A DNA stretch of 64,000 nt from the human T2T-CHM13v2.0 reference genome, Homo sapiens. This document shows, piece by piece, positions 39,601 through 54,796 of the stretch (positions within the stretch are counted from its first letter, which is position 1; every line of letters starts with the position of its first letter). Under the pieces are notes generated by a model, which worked only from the letters and a program-made list of their open reading frames with translations, was not told the DNA's origin and did not search any database. A program made the position numbers and the translations under genes. The stretch is from assembly GCF_009914755.1 (NCBI RefSeq), contig NC_060931.1. One strand, written 5' to 3'.

Positions 39601-39928
39601 AAGATACCTTGTACAATAGCATTTAAAAATATCTAAAAGGAATAAATCTAATAAAAGATTAAGAATTTTATATAGGACATATAAAACATTAAGAGAAATT
39701 AAAGGAGACCTAAGTCAATGGGGGAATGTATTGGATCTGTTCCATATTCTGCAGAGAATGCACTATTGCTCAGAATCTCGTAATTAGAGGTAGGGAATCA
39801 GAGTCAATAAAGTGATTGTGTACTAGGTAGTAACATTTTATGTAGTTATCCACTGATTCCACAGGTAGCATTTTGGCTTTTTACCAGTCTTTGTTTTATA
39901 ATGAACTGATTAGTCTTTCTCTTACTAG

Positions 39929-40067
39929 GCTGTGACCATAGATAAACTGCAGGGAAGTTCTGTTACTGTATCTACCGAAGATGGTTTGCTGAAAGCCAAG
40001 TATCTTTATACAGAATCATCATTTCTGTCTTCTGCTGCTGGGGATATTACATTAGGAAGTGTTCATG
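39929..40067 (+). CDS. FAM185A: FAM185A coding exon 4 (AVTIDKLQGSSVTVSTEDGLLKAKYLYTESSFLSSAAGDITLGSVH)
   Basis: tctttctcttactag| acceptor, ATG|gtaagc donor; 139 nt, phase 0 to 1, open. Confidence 0.92.
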
Positions 40068-40316
40068 GTAAGCTGACAAAGGCATAATACATCTGAGACT
40101 TTCCACATAGCATAAATTTTAAGAGATGACTCTGTAGTTGAAAAAAGGATCAGGAAACTGGCCTTTTAAATAATGAAATGCAGACTAACCATCTTTTTTA
40201 AAAAAAAAACCATAAAAATAAAATGACTCATAAAGCTAATTTAATTTTATTTGTGCAAGAGATTAAAGATTATGCTGTTATATATGGAACTAATAGTAAG
40301 TCTAATTTTTAATGCA

Positions 40317-40620
40317 TTTCTTTTTTCTTTTTTTTTTGAGACAGAGTCTTGCTCTGTTGCCTAGGCTGGAGTGCAGTGGCGTGACACTGGCTCACTGCAC
40401 CCTCCACCTTTCACGTTCAGGTGATTCTCCCACCCCAACCTCCCGAGAAGCTGGGACTACAGGTGTGCGCTATCACGCTAGGCTAATTTTTGTATTTTTA
40501 GTGGAGATGGGGTTTCGCCATGTTGCCCAGGCTGATCTCAAACTCCTGGGCCCAAGCGACCCACCCCCTTGGCCTCCCAAAGTGCTAGGATTACAGGTGT
40601 GAGCCACACTGCATCCAGCC
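40317..40620 (-). mobile_element. Alu (AluJ/S-like)
   Basis: Antisense Alu dimer about 250 nt downstream of exon 4. Confidence 0.9.
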
Positions 40621-42028
40621 TGTGTTTTCTTATAATAGGAAACAAATAGCAAGGAAATACATGCAGGAGATGAAGTAAAAGCAGTGTTAGGTAAAGATGG
40701 GTACTGAATGATTGCTTTTATGTTAACATAAGAAAGCTGAGGGTTAAATTAATGAAACATTTGGTGGAAGGTAATTATAGCAACTCTGATACTAACTTTA
40801 TTTTAAATGTTTTGCGTGTATTTGTACTGGCACCAGGTTTTCTCAGCACCCTGTTGTTTCCATTTTCTTTGATAAATATCCTCTCGTGGTTTCTAAATCC
40901 TGTCTCTGCAAGAAATATTACATAGTTAATGTTTGCATTATTGAAAGAAAATAAGAGTATAATGATGAGGTAATATGGCAAAGGGCATGCTGGTGTTCAG
41001 TGTCACTCAGCTGCTTCTTGAATTTCCACAGAGCAGATGATTCAAATCCAGGTATGTTTTCTGAAATATATACAGATAGAATTAATAATCACTAATCCAG
41101 TATAAAACATCTGCTAAATGCCTTTTGAGCCATATTCCAGGAAGTACAGATTCGGACTTTTTCCATATATAGTCCACTCATTTCACCTCTATAGTAAAGC
41201 TGGATATTGGTATCTGTACACTCTGGCAAAACTCTCAGATTTTAGTTGTGAGCAAGAGTTATAGAGTGGCATTAGAAAGCATGGTTAGTGCTAATCATGC
41301 TATGTAGTAATTTGGCAAGTAGTCTTCTAAAAAAAAATTTTAAAAAGCATACTTATATGCTTGAAATAGTTCTGGAGCCTCAATTTAATGGTTAAACCTC
41401 AAGCATTCTTGCAAGGTTAAAGTATTATTTGAGCCCAAAATAGCTTAAGTACATATGGAGCTGTATCCAGATGAAGCAAATGGTTTTGTTACTTATTCAT
41501 TTATTTATTTTTTATTCAGTTGTACCTTAAGTAGATCTGGTAGTTTGTAACTCTTCATAATTTAAAAGTGACTTTTATATAAGCATTGCATTTCTAACTA
41601 TCTTAATCATAATGAAAAATACTGTGCTTAATGTATTTAGTAGCTTTTAGTGGAGAAACAATTCCTTATCAAGTCAGATGTGGATTAACATCCACAGGAA
41701 AAGCAGTCTGTTCTCTGCAATGCTTTATACCATGTTTACACTAAATTCATAATGTTTCTTTTTTGCATTCTTTTAAGTTAGATAAATTGAATTTGGTACA
41801 GTTTATCATTAATTGCCTAGATGGTAGTAAAACAGGTGGTCTTTTTTGAAGCAGTCCTCAAAGTACTTAGGTCTGTTGATTACTTAAAGTAGCTAAAATG
41901 GAAATACATTGCTGGAAAAGAAAGTTAATTCCTTAGCCTTAATAAAACCTTTTTATATTTACTGACCTTTAATATGAAATCAGATACCTTTCCTTAGCTG
42001 GTTTAAATCTAGGTCCTCTTTTGGACTA

Positions 42029-42450
42029 TTGTTTCAGGTTGAATTTCCCTGAAAGCAGACACTCTGAAATGGAAATTTGAGCACAGCGAATTTACTAGGG
42101 AGGCCTCTTGGGACCAATGCCATGTAAAGGAAGAAAGCCAGATTTCCATGGGAGAAGTTGGACTGTGATACAGTTTCAGTAACCCACACGGAGAGCTCTG
42201 AAGCTGGGATGGTCCCTCAGAGTTGTCTCAAGCTGGGGTGAGAGGAGCTGGACGTTTATATCCCCAATCATTAGATGCAAGCTGCCCCAGGAAGGAGTAT
42301 GATCTTGGGCCGAAGTGACTCCTTTTTGCTAGGTAATTCCCAAAGACGGCTGACAGCTGAGGGCTGTCTGCCAGCAGTACTCCAATAGCTAGGAAAATAA
42401 GCCCTTCAGTTATGATGTGGGATCTGGATGAGGAATATAGCATCTACTAC
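42029..42450 (-). mobile_element. LTR16A-like ERVL solo LTR
   Basis: Minus strand TGTAGTAGATGCT...CCAGATCCC...ggggcagcttgcatctaatga...CCTGAAACA. Confidence 0.7.
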
Positions 42451-45403
42451 AGTTATATTTATTCATTCATTTGACACATTTATTGACCACCTACTGTGTG
42501 CCAGATTTCCAGGCACCAAGGGTGCAAAGTTGGGCAGGAGGTGAAACCTGTCGTTAAAGAATTCAGAGTAGAGTAGAAGGATTAAATATACTTTCTTATT
42601 TTCTCAGTTACTACCATCCCCTTTGGGATGTTACTTCCCACCTCATTTCCAGTGGTCCATTATCACCCTGCCTCAATGCAAAGAACTCTTTTAGATGTTT
42701 CTCACAGCTTCTTTGTGTAATACTAGTACAGCAATGAGAAGGAGAAGGGGAAGGGAAAATTTAATCCAGTTTCAAATTATAGTTACTTTCACAGAAGTAA
42801 CTGTAGAAAAGCTTCCATGTTCAGCCTTGCTTTCTCCACCTAGTCCTTGTTCCTCACTCTGCTTTGGTTTTTCAGCATATACAAGAGAGAACTAAGACAG
42901 GAAACCCCTCTTAATTCCATGGACACACCCCAGTGCCTCGACTTTTAAAAAATCACCCTTCAGACACTTCTAAGTTTCTTGCCTTCCTCTCCCCTATCAC
43001 CTCTATTTCCATCCTTGTCCTAAGGGATTGTATGAACATGCTTTTGGAGTTTGTAGTCTGGGGTTTGGGATGGGAGGGGTACAGGAGAGCGGGCAGTGTT
43101 TAGTCTCACATCCTGGTGGGTGAGAAGATTAGAGTCATGGCTGGTGAAAGTAAGTCCCAGTTTTCTAGTTCCTGGAATTTTGGTGGGAATTATTTCTCCC
43201 AAGATCTTCCCAACCTAGAACTCTGGATATATATTTCAATGAATTCTTTGTGCTAAATGCTGATGGTTATATAACACAAATTAGGTATATATTTTGGCTA
43301 TATTTAAATAAACTGGCTTGAGAATCTTAAAACTTGTTTTTATGGGAAAATACATTGCTATTTCTAAACATTTGACTTACAGAAAACAAACTGAGAATAT
43401 ATGCGTTCTTGGTCAGGATTTATTTACTTTAGCTTCTTTTTTCTTAAGCAAGGCTTAAACTAATTTTTTTCCAGAGAGAGCAGAAAAAAAAATCCAACAT
43501 ATAGATGTTGTAAAAACCATTTATACACAAATATAATGCAGTAACTTTCTTTTTGGTGGATTTTACAAGTAGAGTTTGGAGCCTTTGTGCCAGTAGGTGG
43601 GTGGGTGGGTGGTTGAAAGCAAACATGTATTGAGTACCTAAATTGGCCAGCCCCTTTTACTTAATGAACAATTGGCTGTTCACAGATGAGGAAAACTAGA
43701 CTTAGAAATGTCTAATTGTTTACTCTCAACTCCACAAGTTAATTAGTGGAATAGCAAGGATTTGATCCTAGTTTCTTGGCTTTCTAGGAGAGGTTTTTAA
43801 ACAGTGAACTTGATTGCAACCGCAAATTCCATCATCACTTTGAGGGCTTCCTGGCTCACTGTAAAGATGTTTCCTCCAAGAAGACAGTACTATAACACAG
43901 ATGCACTGCTTCAGCTATGTTCTACATTATAAGTTCCTTGAGTTTCAGGACATTTATCGTGCTTTATGACTGAAAATGTAGATGTTCCATACAGTGTTTG
44001 GGCTTAGCTCCATGGTAGCATTCAGGAACTGGACTCCTTCCATAAAAGTGATGGTGCTGTCTTAAGTGTGTGGCTTCTAAGTCTTCCATGAAAGGAAACA
44101 AGAGCATGAAATTTATTTTTTGTCTGCATTTTCAATATTTTTATATACCCTGATGGCAAAGCAACATCTAACATACTAGTGCCGAGTACTTAGAGCATGC
44201 CCATTAATGAGGAAAAGAGTAATGAAAGGAGCAATATATCTTTCCTGGCCTTGCAAGTTGATTCCTATGTATAGAGAAGAAAATAATTTATCCTAAGTGT
44301 TTTTTCAAGTGAAATTTTTAAGTATAGCTAACTATATTTTATATGTAAGAAACTGAGTAAGCTAATTGACTAGTCATATTTCCTATTTGTATAGTTGGTT
44401 GAATCACATCTGTTAAGTGTGTATGCCTTCTACTACAAAAGAAACCAGTTTATTCATTGACTTATTAAATATTCACTTTCTGACGATGGGAATCTAGTGG
44501 GAGAATAGGTACTTGAATAGGTTGTGTTTAGATGTAAAATTTTATGAGTTTACTATCTTGATTTCCTTCTAAATAATCAAAAATTAAATTTGGTTTTATA
44601 TGAATAATATTTTATTAAATTCTGATATTTGAATATTGATACTTTTCAAAGAATGCTGTGCATGTATAATACATGCATATATTTATATGTATTCTACAAA
44701 ATACAGTTTTAAATATAAATATGGTTTTTCTGACTCTATTGGAGACAATGAAAAACTTCCTTGAAATGGTTTGCTAGGATTGGTTTTATTTATAACCCAT
44801 GATTTAAACAAACTGATTCGATTAAGATGTAAGAGTGTTCATGTTACTTGTTTTTGTGTATTTTAAAAATTTATGTTATGATCCGGAACAGTGACTAATG
44901 AATAAAACTCTATTTTAAATATTTAGATTTCCTATGTAAATTAGGCTCTATTTTAAGTTCTATGGAAACATATCTTGATAGATAAATTGCTGAGTATTAG
45001 TTCTCTCATTTTCTCTGCACTTCAAAAGTCCTTTGTTCTTCAACTATTTGGCATACATGCATAAACTTTTCCTTTAGTAACTACTTTTTTATTTTTGAAA
45101 TTTTCAAGAAGTACAATTTACATGAACTGTACAAAACACAGGTGATAACTTTGATAGCACTCAAAATTTCAGAAGAAATGTCCCAATCTGCTTTAAGAAG
45201 GACTTGTAGTCACTGATAAATTTATAAATCTGGTTTGTAAACTTAGAAAGTCAGAAATAATATACAATTTTAAAACAGAATCTTTTATTGGATTAAATAG
45301 ATCTTTTCATGACATTCATGAAAATGTTTTATTGAAATTCTAGTATTTATTCCTAGCCTAGGTCATTATGAAGTTTTAATTTGATTATCATTTTGATGCT
45401 TAA

Positions 45404-45750
<347 letters not shown>

Positions 45751-48280
45751 ACAACTTTTTTATATGAAATATTAGAAAAGAATTACAGCTTTTTTTTTTT
45801 TTTTGTGGTGCAAACCATGTAGGTTTTTCAGGGTTTAGACCTCTGACACAAAATATTGATATTTACTACAGTGTCTGTCCTAAGTGCAGCTCCTTAGAGA
45901 CATTCAGAGACTTGGCTTCCTCAGTTTGTGGCTTCCAAGTCTTCCATGAAAAATGAGACAGCACAGAGGATCATGGAAGAAGTTTCAGAAACCAGGCCTA
46001 GAAGTGCATATATTACTTCTGCCCATAGATCTTTGGACAAAATATTTTCAAATGGCTTTACCTAACTGCAAAGGCTGAGATATGTAGTTTAGCAGTACTT
46101 TTATGGAAGAAGAGAGGCACACAAATATTAATGGACACTGGCAGTCTCTATCATATATTTATAATTGCTCTTTCACAAATGTCTCTATATTCCTTCTCTT
46201 TCCACCTCTGTGATAATTGGTATTCTCCAGGATTTCATCCTTGTCCTATTGTTCTTTCTCTACATATTTTCCTAGGGCATCTTATATACTTTTGAGTCTG
46301 AACTACCCTTACAAGGGTGTTTCAAATCTGATTATTCAAATCTATGTCTCTAGCCCTGACTAATTTATACATCCATCTGGCAGGTAGACATAGCCATTTG
46401 GATCTTCACAGACATCTTGAACTCAACATTTCTTGCTTTTTTCCCTTCTTCCCCAGTCCCTGAACGTCATCTGTAATGTGTCCTCTTTCCTTGTTTTTAT
46501 TTGCTGTTTCTGATATTGCCATGTTCCCAATTCCCATGCTATAAATCTGGCAGTGGTCTTAACTTCCTGTTTCTCTCTCATCTCCTGCATCTAATCAACT
46601 ACCAAGTTTAGGCAGGTTTTATCTCCTAAATATTTTTTCAATCTATCTCACCTTTTTCCTGCTAATTTCTACACCTCTGTTTTAGACCCTCTTGACCTCT
46701 TGCCTTGATACTAGCAATAACTTTGCCTCCAGCCTTGCCTTCTTCAGATCCATTTCTCCTCACTGCAGCTAAAGTAGTTTATTAGTAATGCACATTGAAC
46801 ATGTCATTCTCTTATTCGGACCGTTTTCTACTGCCTTAGTGACGTGCCCAACTTCCCTCTTCCCTCTTCTGACTGTATGCTTTGTCTTCCAGAATTAGTC
46901 TTTTTTCCTATATACATTTTTACCTGTTTTATACCTCTGAGTTCTTGATCAGAGCCTTTGATCATACTGATCATACTGTTTATATTCTGCCTGAAATGCT
47001 TTTCCTAGCTTTTTAAAAATCTTGTTGACTTTTTTAATCTTTCAGTACTCAGCTAAAGCATCTTGCCTCATCTCTGGTTTTCTATAAATCCTTGCCTAAT
47101 TATAAACTCCTCAAGAACAAAGATTATGTTTTATTCATCTCTATATTCTTAGCATTTAGCACTGTGGCTTGCAAATACAAGTGTCTCCCTTTCCACCTCC
47201 CCACCCCTACCCACCAAAAACCACAAAATGACTTAATCTTTAAGGATACTTGATTACTCTGTTTGGATTTTAAGAGTTCTATGTGCTTGAACCATAATCA
47301 CATTTCTTTTGGTGAAGAAAAATAAACCAATGTTTATCTTTAAATTGATTACATTTTTTTTTCCTCTGACCATGCTAGAATGAAAGGTTACAAGCTAAGA
47401 AAAACTATCTATTTTCTCAAATACTGGGATTTGTGGAAAACTTATATAACTTGAGAGTAGGGTAAGCACACATAGTTATTACAGACCATCTGGTGTCTGC
47501 TTTATTGGAAAGAAGCTTTTACTAAGATTTACTCCTCTCAAATAATTAATTTATTATTTTCAGTGTTTGGAGATGAAGTAGGTGGAATCAAAATATAGAA
47601 AATTTTGCTAATAATGTCCATTTTGTTGCTTGGTATACTTTTAAATATACTACTTTATTCCACTATGCATTTGAAGGAAGAAATCCATTTTGTGTTTTCT
47701 AATGACTTTAGAATATTTCTGTTTAAGGTAGAGATTTTCTAAATATTTTGATATGAGTTGAAAATAAGTTTTTGTTTACTGTTTTATTTAGAGTTGACAA
47801 AAATATTTTGAAGTGTTACTTACAACTAGACAGTATTTGAAATGATTCCTTAATTCCATGGGTTTTTGTTGTTGTTGCTCCATTATGCTTTTAGTATACA
47901 GTAGAACTCAAACATTCAAGAAGAATGTTATCTGAGACTCTATAGGTCCCACTATAATTAACTAATCCTCATTTTGTATAGATCTAAAACTTCTATTTTT
48001 CTGGTTCAAAGAATCATTGTTTTCTCAAGACCTCCTCACTTTCATGACAAGCACTAATGATTGGCTTTTTGAGAAAGACCATATTTTTATTTAAAAAAAA
48101 ATTGTAAATTTTTACTGCATTATTAAAGACTAGTGTAAAACTATAAAGCTCCATTGCCTTGATGAGTGGGTGACTGGATTCACTAGCTAAATGACTGTAA
48201 AACTTTATCATAGTTCTTTATTAATAAAGTTACGAATATCAGGGACCTGTCTATCTTTTATTGTTCAGGAGGTAGAGCAG

Positions 48281-48693
48281 TGTCTTAGTCTGTTTTCTGT
48301 TGCTATAACAGAATACCTGAGACTGAGTGATTTATAAAGCTTATATATTACAGTTCTGGAGGCTGAGAAGTCTGAGGTCTAGGAGCCGCATCTGGTGAGA
48401 GCCTTCTTGCGGATAGGGGCTCTGCAGAGTCATGAAGTGGCACAGGCCTCACATGGAGAGAGGCTGCATGAGAGACACCCACACTGGCTCTTATAACAGA
48501 CTCACTCTTGTAATAGCTAACCCACTCCCTCTATGACCCATTAATCCATTGATTCATGAATGGGTTAATCCATTCATGAGGGTAGAGCCCTCATGACCCA
48601 ATTACCTCCCAAAGGTCCCACCTCATAGTATTGCTGCACTGGGGACTAAGTTTCCAACACATGAACTTTTGTGGGAACGTTCAAAGCACAACA
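48281..48693 (-). mobile_element. MST-type MaLR solo LTR
   Basis: TGTCTTAGTC...CACAACA termini with a perfect 5-bp TSD AGCAG (48276-48280 and 48694-48698). Confidence 0.85.
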
Positions 48694-48996
48694 AGCAGTA
48701 AAGAGAATGCTGAGTATGGAAACACCCACTGTCTCACACTAGGTGAATCTCCTTAAAGCATGGTTTTCTTGTATTTTTATTCATCTTGAAATTCTTCACT
48801 AACTTTTTTGGTGTAGGATAGTCAGTAGACTTAGCACTCTGTGGTTCTACCACAGGTTGCTCTTTACCTACTTTTCCAAACTTTTTATTTGTTCACAAAA
48901 TAATTGTGTTTACTATGTACTATGCACTGTGCAAAGTTCCCAGGTATGAAGCTAAATAAGAAAGATGTGATTCCTGTCCTCCTAGACTTGCCTCAT

Positions 48997-50025
48997 TGGG
49001 ATCTAATTAAATGAAAGAGCTTCTGCACTGCAAAAGAAATTATGAACAGAGTAAATAGACAACCTACAGAATGGGAGAAAATATTTGCAAACTCTGTATC
49101 TGACAAAGGTTTAATATCCTTTGTTCCTTTGAATCTTCAAGGAAGTTAAACAAATCAATAAGCAAAAAACTAATAACCCTATTAAAAATGAGCAAAAGAC
49201 AGGACATTTTGCTCATTTCTCAAGAGAAGACGTACAAGAAACCAACAAACATGAAAAACTGTTCCAAATCACTAGTCATCAGAGAAATGCAAATCAAAAC
49301 CACAATGAGATATCATCTCACACCAGTCAGAATGGCTATTATTAAAAATAAGTAAAAAAACAACAGACGCTGGCGAGGCTGTGGAGAAAGGGGAACACTC
49401 ATACACTGTTGGTGGGAATGTAAATTAGTTCAGCCACTGTGGAAAGCAGTTTGAAGATTTCTCAAAGAACTTAAAACAGAACCACCATTCAACCCAGCAA
49501 TTCCATTACTGGATATATACACAAAAGAAAATAAATCATTCTTCCAAAAAGACACATGCACTCAACATATTCACTGCAGCTCTATTCACAATAGCAAAGA
49601 CATGGAATCAACCTATGTGCCCATCAGTGGTGGACTGGATAAAGAGAATGTGGTACATATACACCATGGAATACTATGCGGCCATAAAGAAGAATGAAAT
49701 TATATCCTTTGCAGCAGCATGGATGCAGTTGGAAGCCACTATCCTAAGCGAATTAACACAGGAATAGAAAACCAAATACCACATGGTCTTACCTATAAGT
49801 GGGGGGTAAACATTGGATAATTATGGACATAAAGATGGCAACAGTAGAAACTGGAGTCTACTAGATGGGGGATGGAGGGACGGGGCAAGGGTTGAAAAAC
49901 TATTGGGTACTATGCCTAGTACCTGGGTGATGGGATCATTTGTACCCCAGACTTCAACATCACACAATATACCCAGGTAACAAACCTGCACATGTATCCC
50001 CTGAATCTAAAATATGAAAAAAAAT
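48997..50025 (+). mobile_element. 5'-truncated old primate L1 3' end (L1PA16/L1PB-like)
   Basis: ORF2 C-terminal sequence and 3'UTR ending ccctgaatctaaaat plus an A tail. Confidence 0.85.
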
Positions 50026-51064
50026 TAGTAATCTTATAAGCTTCAGTACACAAACCAAGTTTTTATTCATACACAAATATACTCCTTGTTCATATACTCA
50101 CAAGAAATATGATGGTATATTAGACCTTCAGATGGATTTTTGCAATTAGGCGCATCTGGCTATTGAGTAAATGAATCCAGTGCCTTTTTTTGGTTTTTCC
50201 CAGATACTGATACAAGTCAGTATTCATAAGGTATATGAAATGAGATAAAATGAGTTTACTGAAGATTAATTCTGAGGCCAAAGTTATTCCTTTACTTTTT
50301 AGTGTAGTTTTGGAATTATTTTAGAAGAGATAACATTATTGCTTATATTTTCAGTAGAATAAATATGAGTTCCTGATTCTAGGAATACTTACACATACAA
50401 ACACACATATGAAGAATAATCCTACTACTTTTGGTGTTAGGGGAAAGGGGCTGGGAAGAATGGTTGCAATATTCCATCCTTATCATGGAAAACATATTTT
50501 CACTAAGATGGAAATCTTTGAAGCTTCTTTGTTCTGTTTTGTTAGTCATACCTCCATGTATTCATTATTCCTATCTCAAACCACTTTAATTCTTGGCCCA
50601 GAAACTACTTTTAATTTAACAGACATGGCAAGTGGCCTGAAAAATAAAAGTAATTCTTTTTTTCCATACCATATTTTAGTGTTACTTGGTTGAAAACTTC
50701 GCTTTGTGTGGTCTGATAAATACATTGATATTTAGGTTGAAAATGTACAGTGACTACATTTCAGTAATTTTTTTCACTTACAGGTTTTAGAAGTATTGTT
50801 TTTCCTCTGTGCCAGCAGTTATGGTGATTTGTAGTTATGCTATAAAAGCTTAAGGTTTGGTAGTAGAGAAAGAAGGTTTGCAGAGATACCTAAGCCAGTT
50901 ATTTCAGAACTACAGCTCAATCTTTGACTGGACTTGTGATATTGGGAAAAATTGCCAACAAAAATAACATTGTAGATATTCATCCATGTTTTAGCATTGC
51001 TATGTATCACAGTTCCTTTCTAGATTGTCTCTAGTACATAAAAGTATCTTTTTCTTTTTGGCAG

Positions 51065-51106
51065 GTAATATAACATTACAAAGCAAGATGGGTAACATCA
51101 CAGTAG
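51065..51106 (+). CDS. FAM185A: FAM185A coding exon 5, 42-nt small exon (GNITLQSKMGNITV)
   Basis: tttttctttttggcag| acceptor, TAG|gtatgt donor; phase 1-1; continues the repeat pattern of the protein. Confidence 0.88.
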
Positions 51107-52094
51107 GTATGTGCTAAGCTACTAGTTCGTGTATTTTGTCCACTTTTAAAAATGGGTATATTTGTGATGACTTTATTAGAATAAATGAATTCTACAGTTT
51201 AACTGATGAACTTGACAGGATCACAAGTCAAATATAGGCAGAACCAATGTACTAATTATGTCCACTCGAAGAAAATCGCCTGAGCTGGTATTAAGAAATG
51301 TCTTATATTTCTTGCTAAACTTCTCTGAAGAAAAAAAAAAGAAAAGAAAGAAAAAAAGATCTTACAAATTTCTTGAATTCTTCAAATATCTAAATTAAGT
51401 CCTTGAAAGAAAGATATAAATAATGTCACTGTTTATTGGGCTCCAAATGTGTTAACATTTGAAGACAACCTTGTGAATACCAATAACTAGTTAGTCAACA
51501 TGTATTTATTGAGTACCTGCCATGTATTAAGAATTCTTTTAGGTACTAGGGAACATATTGGTCAACAGGACATAGTTTCTGTGCTCAGAGACCTCACCTT
51601 CTCTGAGCCCTGGGAAGAAAGACAACAAGCACATAAATAACAAAAGGTAATTTTAGTTTGTGGTAAGTACAATGAAGAAATAAGAAAGGGTAACTGAATA
51701 GAGATTGGGGAAAAAGAAAGCTACTTCAGTTAGGCAATTGGGGGTGGTCTGGAGAGGGTACATTTAAACCAAAGCCAGAAAAATGAGAAAGAGTTATATA
51801 AAATTCTGGATACAGGCTCCCTAGATAGAGGAACAGCAAGTGCAGGCCTTGAAAATGGAAGTTTACTATTTTCAAGGGAAAGAAGGCTGGCTTATGAGGA
51901 AAGTGGTAGGATATGAGGTAAGTAAGGCTAGATCTTAGGACCTTGTAGACAGGGTAAGAGTTCAGACTTTATTCCAACTACAACAGGATGTTAGGGAAGT
52001 GATATATAATTTATATTTTAAAAGAACAACCTAGCTGTTATTTCATAATGTACCAGAAGGGTTCAGAAGTGAAAGCAGGCTGTTAGAAGGCTTA

Positions 52095-53400
52095 ATTTGT
52101 TCATTCTACTGTTGATGGACACCTGGGCCATTTCTAATTTTTTGGCAACTGTAAATAAAGCTGCTATGAATATATTAATGTAAGTCATTTTATGGATGTA
52201 TATATATTTTTCCTCTTGGGTAAATACGTAGGTATGGCATTGCTGAGTTGACTAGGTAGGTTCTATGTTTAACTTTATGATAAACTACCAGACCTTTTCC
52301 CAAAGTTCCACTTTATACTCTCATCAACAATGTATGAGAATTTGAGTTGCTCCACATCCTCATCAACATTTATTATTGTCAGTTTTAAAATTTTTTTATA
52401 TCATCATTTGTTGAAAAAACTTCCTTTCTCTGATGGATTACTTTAGCATCCTTGTCTAAAATCAAATCACTATATAAGTGTGGCTCAATGTCTGATCTCT
52501 TGTTCCTAATTCATTGATTTATTTGGTGAGCCTTATGCCGGTGCCACAATATCATGATTACTGTATCTTTGGTAAGTCTGTAAATCAGGTAGTTGAAGTC
52601 TTCCAAATTTGTTCCTTTTAAGGATTACTTTGGATATAATAGGTCCTTTGATTTTCCAGTCAGTTTCTACCAAAAAATACAGTTTTGATTATGTTTGGGA
52701 TTGCACTGAATCACATTGTATCTTCCAATTAATGAACATGGTAGGTAGCTCTCTCCATTTATTTAGGTCTTCTTTAATTTTTCTCAGCATTGCTTTGTAA
52801 GTTTCAGTGTAGAGATCTGGCACATTTTTTTGTTAAATTCATTTGTGTTTTTAACACTGTTACAAATGAGACAGTTTTTAAGACTTTGCTTCTAATTGTC
52901 TACTGCTGATATATGTAAATACAAATGATTTTTATAAATGGACCTTGTATCTTGTGACCTTGCTAAATTTATTCTAATAGTGGTTTTCTCAAATCTAGAA
53001 TCCTTTTCTAGCTGAGCAGACATTTTCAACTGCAAATAGAGTTTTACCTCTTTCCCTCCTATCTTTATTACTTTTCTTTTTCTTGCCTTATCAGACTAGC
53101 TATGAACTTCAGTATAATGTTGAATGTAGTGATGAGAGTGTGATTCCTTGCACTTGATCCCTATCCTTGTCCCCAATATTAGGGGGAATGCATTAAGTGT
53201 GATGTTAGCTATAGATTTTTAACAGATGCCTTTTATCAGATTGGGAGAGTAATCTTTTATTCCTTGTTTGCTTAAAAGTTTCTCTTTTTTTACTTTCTTT
53301 GTTCGTGAATGAGTGTTGAATTTTGTCAAACACATTTCCTGAATTTATTGAAATGATCATTTTTCTTTTATTAATATGACCAACTATACTGACTGATTTT
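52095..53400 (-). mobile_element. Decayed L1M fragments
   Basis: Antisense L1 3'UTR and ORF2 motifs (e.g. IISINSGNVFDKIQH). Confidence 0.65.
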
Positions 53401-54755
53401 TCTTTTAACATTATTTACTTGTTTATTATTTTAAAAAATAGAGACAAGGTCTCACTTTGTTACCCATACTGGTCTCAAATGCCTGGCTTCAAGCAGTTCT
53501 CCTGCCTCAGCCTCCTAAAGTGCTGGAATTACAGGCATAAGCCACCACACCTGGCCCTTTCTTTAAAATATCTATCATTTACTCAGTGCCCATGTGCCAA
53601 GCACTGAGCTAATCACATTACAATGTAGATTTATTTTGGTATCTTTTGTGGTGTGTTTTGTTTTTGTTTTTTTTTTTTGCTTTTGCTGACTTTATTGAGA
53701 CATAATTGACAAAACCGTATATATTTAAGGTATACATGCAATATAATGATTTGATATACATATATACTGTGAAATAATTTCCACAGTCCGTTTAGTTAAC
53801 ATATCTGTCACTTCACCTCATTACCATTTTATGTGTATGATGAAAATGTTTAAGATTTACTCTCTTAGCAAATATCAAGTTTACAGTACAGTATTGTTAA
53901 TTACAGTCACTGTGCTATACATTAGATCTACAGGACTTTCTCCCAGATCCATAGAATTTCTCCATTATGTAAACTCCAAAAGAATGAAATTCTGTGGATG
54001 AAGCCTTAATTTTACTCTTGATAATTAATTTTAGTTCTGATAATTTGTGTTAAACAAAAAAAATAGGAGGGCTTGTTTTGCTGCATAGTTTTAAAATATC
54101 ACCTTTGCCTTCTTTCTTGAAAACATCTTGCGTTTTCATTTTTTTATTTTTTAACATCCTCCAAGGGATGAGCCATCATTAGAGATCAATACAGATAACA
54201 TGAGGATATAATTACTTTGTGGCCTAGGATATAATTATTTAGCTGTCATTTATTTCTCATTTGGAGGGAAAAATAAATGAAAGTATTATTTATGAGCCAC
54301 ATAAAAATTGTGTGTGTTTTTTTTCCCTCCTTGAGAAAGCGAGAAATCACACTAATGTTTCAGCTATTTTACTTTGTTCAAACTGGAATAATACACACCT
54401 TGTGTATTACACTTTTCTTTTTTTTAGCATAATGTAATTTTTACTTGGCTTCTTTTAGGATGCGGTAAGAGGTTTAAAAAGGAGTTTCTGTTGGTTCGTA
54501 AGCAGTGAAATGTTCATTTTGTCCAGCTATTCTGTGTCATTTATCTCTAGTGGTTTCATTTCCCAACGTCAGTGTTAACTTTTGACACTTGAAAACTAAA
54601 TAAATTGAGTCTGATAAAGGGCATTTTCCAGTATAGATTGGAAATAAATTATTATAAATGATCTTGGAGCCGCATTTTAAACAGTTTATTCCAAATTTAC
54701 TCTCTTTGTTTGAAGTCAGTTAACATTTTTTTAAAAGAAAAATGTTGGCTCCTAT

Positions 54756-54756
<1 letters not shown>

Positions 54757-54792
<36 letters not shown>

Positions 54793-54796
54793 CACA
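54757..54796. repeat. Interrupted (CA)n microsatellite
   Basis: Two CA runs separated by TATA. Confidence 0.9.
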
